Positions 59,502 to 64,000 of a DNA stretch of 64,000 bases are shown one piece after another. The stretch's first letter is position 1. Each line of letters begins with the position of its first letter. Under the pieces are notes generated by a model. That model saw only the letters and a program-made list of their open reading frames with translations. It made no database searches and was not told the DNA's origin. Origin of the DNA: an uncultured delta proteobacterium (GTDB lineage Bacteria > Myxococcota_A > Polyangia > Polyangiales > Polyangiaceae); contig CAWDXG010000004.1 in the NCBI GenBank assembly GCA_963806225.1, positions 1,472,001 through 1,536,000 on the forward strand, read 5' to 3'. The position numbers and the translations under genes are program-made.

Positions 59502-60863
59502 ATGCGGTGGTCGGTATCAGCGGGACTCTTCGCGTTCACGTTCCTCCTGCTTCTGGGATGCAGCAGCGACGGCGGCGGCGCTGGGCCGAACGCGGGCGGC
59601 GCGGCGGGCTCTGCCAGCGGCGGCAGCGCGGGCAGCGGCGGCAGCGCGGGCAGCGGCGGCAGCGCGGGCAGCAGCGGCAGTGCGGGCAGCGGCGGCAATG
59701 CGGGCAGCGGCGGCAGTGCAGGCAGCGGCGGCGGCAGTGCGGGCAGCGGCGGCAGTGCGGGCAGCGGCGGCAGTGCGGGCAGCGGCGGCACCGGTGGGGA
59801 CCCGAACTTCACCGCGGACGGCTGCTTCAAGTGGACGGAGCAACTGTCGCTACAGGCTGCCGTCGATCAGCACAACTGCGTCGAGGTCCAGCCCGGAACC
59901 TACACGCTGACGCAGACGGTGTCCGTCAAGCCCGGTCACACCCTCCGGGGTGTCAGCGCTGCAAAGTCGATTCTGAAGGCCAGCCAGAGCGCTTGGACCT
60001 TCGGCTGCTGCGACTCCATGATCGCAGACACCCTGCCCGCGACGCCGGAGGCCAACCCATTCCACGTGCAGAAGCTCACCCTGGATGGCGCGGGGGTGGC
60101 CACCTACAACATCTGCTGTCGCGGCTACGTGGTCGAAGACTCGATCCTGGAGAATTCGCGCTGCTCCGCCATCGGCGCCGCCGGCAAGGGCGTCACCGCC
60201 ACCAACAACCAGATGCTCTACAGTGCACAGCCCACCAACGTGCCCGGCAAGGGCAGCGTGAGCTGTGCTACCGGCGGCTTCGGTGGCGTCGCCGAAGGGG
60301 CTGCCATCTACTCCGAAGCCAAGGCGGTGAACCTCGGCACCGTGATCGACGGCAACACCATCAAGTACAGCTTCGGTCCCGCGATGGACATCAACGGCGC
60401 CTGGGGCGGCGTGTTCAAGAACAACCAGGTATCGGACAACACCGCGTGGGCGGCCGTCAGCCTGTACGGTGCCAGCAACTGGCGGATCCAGGGCAACACG
60501 ATCAGTCATCCAGCAACCGAGCCGCCCCAGCCCTATCATCCGTACTGCGCTACGGGGCCGAACGGCGGACACTCGGCCGGCATTTTCCTGTGCCAGGACA
60601 CCGACACGAACAACCTCGTCGTCAACGGCAACACCATCACCGGAAACAAGACCAGCAGCTACTACGGCATCCTCAGCGTGGGCGCCGACGAGGTGAAGCC
60701 GTACTGGGCTCCGCGCAACAACACGTTTACGAACAACGACGTGTCCGGCAGCGTCGTGGGCTGCGCCGACGACTTCAAGCCCGGCCAGTGGCTCACGGAT
60801 CAGGACACCTGGACCGGCAACAACTGCGCCGGCTCGCCCAACACCGGGCCGAGCTATTTCTGA
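59502..60863 (+). CDS. Lipoprotein with a Gly/Ser linker and a parallel beta-helix domain
   Basis: LLGC lipobox; PGTY; repeated I.GNTI / NNQV / NNTF strands. Confidence 0.78.
   Translation: MRWSVSAGLFAFTFLLLLGCSSDGGGAGPNAGGAAGSASGGSAGSGGSAGSGGSAGSSGSAGSGGNAGSGGSAGSGGGSAGSGGSAGSGGSAGSGGTGGDPNFTADGCFKWTEQLSLQAAVDQHNCVEVQPGTYTLTQTVSVKPGHTLRGVSAAKSILKASQSAWTFGCCDSMIADTLPATPEANPFHVQKLTLDGAGVATYNICCRGYVVEDSILENSRCSAIGAAGKGVTATNNQMLYSAQPTNVPGKGSVSCATGGFGGVAEGAAIYSEAKAVNLGTVIDGNTIKYSFGPAMDINGAWGGVFKNNQVSDNTAWAAVSLYGASNWRIQGNTISHPATEPPQPYHPYCATGPNGGHSAGIFLCQDTDTNNLVVNGNTITGNKTSSYYGILSVGADEVKPYWAPRNNTFTNNDVSGSVVGCADDFKPGQWLTDQDTWTGNNCAGSPNTGPSYF
59616..59789 (+). repeat. Coding tandem 18-bp repeat (SGGSAG)n, about 9 copies
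   Basis: AGCGGCGGCAG(C/T)GCGGGC units. Confidence 0.85.
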
Positions 60864-61149
60864 AGGGCGCGGTCACGCCGGGTCGGCTTTGGGATCGGAC
60901 GACGCAGCGGGTCAAGATACTGGACTCGCGCCCGGCGGACACGGCGCCGAGGGGACGCTGTTGTCCACCCTGGCACTCGCGTTCGCGCGCGCCCCGCCAC
61001 GATGCGCGCAAGATCACATGACGGGTAGCATCGCCGCCTGTGCGGAAGCGCCAACGGACCCGAGTTGCCCATTGAACCGCCCATCCCGGTCGCCTATTGT
61101 GATGCGAACCGGCCGCCCAGCGACGCTCGCGGCCAGTCTCGGGGACACG

Positions 61150-61820
61150 GTGAACCAGGACTTCCAGGCCCCTGTCGAGGGCGAAATCCTCGCGGGCAAG
61201 TACCGCATCGAGAAGGTTCTCGGTGAGGGTGGCATGGGCGTCGTGGTCGCGGCGCAACACATCCACCTCGACGACAGGGTTGCTATCAAGTTCCTGCTGC
61301 CGGGCGCAAAGTCGAATCCGGAAGTGCTGGCGCGCTTCGCCCGGGAAGCCCGGGCAGCCGTGAAGATCAAGAGCGAGCACGTCGCCCGGGTCTCGGACGT
61401 GGGGACGCTCGAAAACGGCACTCCGTACATGGTGATGGAGTACCTCGAGGGGAGCGACCTGGCGGCCTGGGTGCACGAACGTGGCGCGCTCTCGCTCGAG
61501 CAGGCCACGGAGTTCGTTCTGCAGGCTTGCGAAGCGATCGCCGAAGCGCACACGCTAGGGATCGTCCACCGCGATCTGAAACCCGCGAACCTGTATGTGA
61601 TCCGGCGTCCCGACGGGAAGCTCTCGGTCAAGGTTCTCGACTTCGGGATTTCCAAGGTCACGCGGGCGGCTGCCTCGGGCCCCGACATGAGCCTGACCAA
61701 GACGGCTGCGTTCATGGGCTCGCCGCTGTACATGTCGCCGGAGCAGATGGAGTCCGCGCGCAACGCCGATGTGCGCAGCAACGTCTGGGCGCTCGGCGTT
61801 ATCCTGTACGAACTGGTTGC
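61150..61820 (+). pseudogene. Ser/Thr kinase truncated after subdomain IX
   Basis: GEGGMG, VAIK, HRDLKPAN, DFG, YMSPE, then RSNVWALGVILYELV; kinase similarity ends abruptly at ~61820. Confidence 0.8.
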
Positions 61821-63872
61821 GTTCCGTATCTCGTCGACCGCCTGGTCAACCCGATCATGCTGTGTAGCGATGATCGGGGCTACACGACGCCCGCCAACGG
61901 CCAGCCCTGCGCTGGCCAGTATCCCTACGGTCCGGAGCCGGAGTTCCCGCCGGTCAAGAACCTCCACGTGGGCCTGATCACCTCCAGCCTGGGAGGGCAT
62001 GGCGACGCGACCAATGATTGCAACGACCAGGACCCCGGGTTCAACCCCACCGACAACGATCACGGACACCTGCTGCCGAAGGTCCGCCAGAACCTGTCCA
62101 GCTACACCTTTCTGAACTTCGACGGCACCAACGGTACGACGTTGGCGGCGCAGTTCGCCGACCAGGTGGACGCCGCGGGCGAGCAGGGCTGCGGCTTCGA
62201 GTCGTCGCTGGAGGCCTGGTACCGCTTTCTCGTCGATCCCGCTCCGCCTTTGAACGTCAAGGTCACGAACGGCGTTTCGTCACCGGATGGCGTCGACCAT
62301 GAAGTGCTGACCGAGCGCGCGAGCTTCCTGCGCCCCGACTCGCTGCTCGCGATCGTCATGCTGACCGACGAGAACGACTGCTCCGTCATGGACTCGGGTC
62401 TCGGCTGGGTGGCGCTCCAGCCGAACCACATGCCGAGGGCGACCTCGGCGTGCGCTACGGATCCGAACAGCTCCTGCTGCCGCTCGTGCGCCCTGCAGGA
62501 GAGCTCAGCTCCGTCCGGCTGCCAGCCAATCAACACGGATCCGTCGTGCACCAAGGGCCCGTTCACCGACAAGGAAGACGCGCCGAACCTGCGCTGCTTC
62601 GATCAGAAGAGGCGCTTCGGCGTGGACCTGCTCTACCCGACCCAGCGCTATGTCAATGCGCTCACGCAGCTGGAGATCTGCCCGAACGAGCCAGACCTGA
62701 CCTGCCAGAAGGGCGACACACCGAAGGCCAACCCGATCTATTCGGACCTGAACCAGAGCGGGAAGGTGCCGCGGGATCCCTCGCTGGTGTACCTCGCTGC
62801 GATCACGGGTGTGCCCTGGCAGGACATCGCCACGAACAATACGCTCAAGGTTCCCACAGCACTCGAATTCAAGACGGCCGAACAGCTCAGCACGGATGGC
62901 ATCTGGGACGACATCGTGGGTGACGTGAACAAGCACATTCCGCCGAAGGACCCGCTGATGCAGGAGTCGATCGATCCGCGGAGTGGCTCGAATCCCAGGA
63001 CGGGTGACTCGATTGCGGCGCCGAGCGCCGGCGCGAACGCCAACCCCATCAACGGCCACGAGTACGACGTGTTGGATCGTGACGACCTGCAGTTCGCCTG
63101 CATCTTCCCCTTGGCTACCCCGCAACCGAACAGCCTGGATTGCGCGAATGTCGCCGCGTCGCCGAACAATCCCCTGTGCCAGAACCCGAGCAACGGCCAG
63201 TACGGCACGACGCAGTACTTCGCCAAGGCCTATCCGGGTCTGCGCCAGCTGCAGGTGCTCAAGGACTTTGGAAGCAATTCGATTGTTGCGTCGATCTGCC
63301 CGAAAGTGCTCACGAGCGACCCGGGCGATCCGGCTTTCGAATACAACCCAGCAGTCACCGCCATCGTCAGCCGTTTGAAGGCAGGGTTCAATGCCCCATG
63401 TCTTCCGCAAAGCCTGCCACTCGATTCGAAGACCGGGCGGGTGAGTTGCCAGGTGGTCGAGGCGCTCCCGTCCAGCTCCCCCAAGGCCTACGACTGCAGC
63501 AAGAAGCCGGGCCGCGCGCCACTCACGGGCGCCAGCGGCGTCAAGCTGGAGGCGGCGGTACGCGCGAACCTCCAGCAGTCCTTCGAGTGCGATGGCACAG
63601 GGCAGCCTGCGTGCGCGGACTTCCAGATGTGCCTGATCTCGCAGCTGGACAGCCAGACCGACCTTCACAGCTGCCTCAACGACGCTCCCGTCGCATCGGG
63701 GGTCAACGGCTTCTGCTACATCGACGGGAACTGCGTCGGCAACAAGACGTGCAACGGCGCCTTCATTGCCCACTGCCCCGACAACGAGAAGCAGCAACTG
63801 CGCTTCGTCGGAGGCCTCGTGCAGACCCCGACGCCGGGCGCCAGGGTGTTCATCTCCTGCACGCCGCCCTAG
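61821..63872 (+). pseudogene. 5'-truncated Cys-rich myxobacterial exported protein
   Basis: The frame begins VPYLVDRLVNP with no start or signal peptide; HVGLITSSLGGHG, GCGFESSLEAWYRFLVDP, FLRPDSLLAIVMLTDENDCS, AKAYPGLRQL. Confidence 0.7.
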
Positions 63873-64000
63873 ATTCGTCGACCCGTCGGCTGTCCCCGGA
63901 TCGAAGCTCGCGATGGACTACCCGACGGAGCTGCTCGCGCTGCTGCCGCGAGGCACGCGGCGTCGCGAGGTGTTCCCTGTCCTGCCCTCTGTGCTTCCCG

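Noticed and set aside
59384..59843. Minus-strand (LPALPP)n and (AAAART)n repeat proteins
   Set aside because: Reverse-strand translations of the SGGSAG linker repeat
60971..60986. Sigma54 promoter TGGCAC...GC upstream of the kinase
   Set aside because: The GG to GC spacing is one base longer than the strict -24/-12 requirement
63913..64000. ORF start MDYPTELLALL at the window edge
   Set aside because: Too short to support a call

Overview
High-GC chromosomal window; the gene repertoire points to a myxobacterium, probably Polyangiaceae/Sorangiineae-like (inference). It opens with the 5' ~10.9 kb of a giant TPR gene (GltI/AgmK-like, >=3645 codons) that runs off the window and is absent from the ORF track. 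Recognisable genes: hbd-crt, efp, thiD, a PaaZ/BoxD-type aldehyde dehydrogenase, a double-FKBP PPIase, proVWX, an MtfA-like peptidase, tRNA-Leu(TAA), an M16 peptidase pair, feoAB with a Fur-like box, coaBC, mpg, yebC, a lipoprotein GH1, Ser/Thr kinases with FHA and PEGA partners, and many hypothetical lipoproteins. Notable observations: (i) a metal/thiol-stress islet (arsS, MerR, thioredoxin-like protein, NrsF-like anti-sigma, ECF sigma, TlpA) in which the expected ArsM gene appears reduced to an unannotated, in-frame, 43-aa five-Cys mini-ORF coupled to arsS; (ii) a 4 x ~51-bp palindromic intergenic array; (iii) a TetR/diiron ferritin-like/hydrolase unit with three clean palindromes; (iv) several deletion scars and two single-base frameshifts, one of which fuses proV to proW. 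No CRISPR array, rRNA, integrase or transposase was seen. All family assignments come from motif recognition only; no database search was run.
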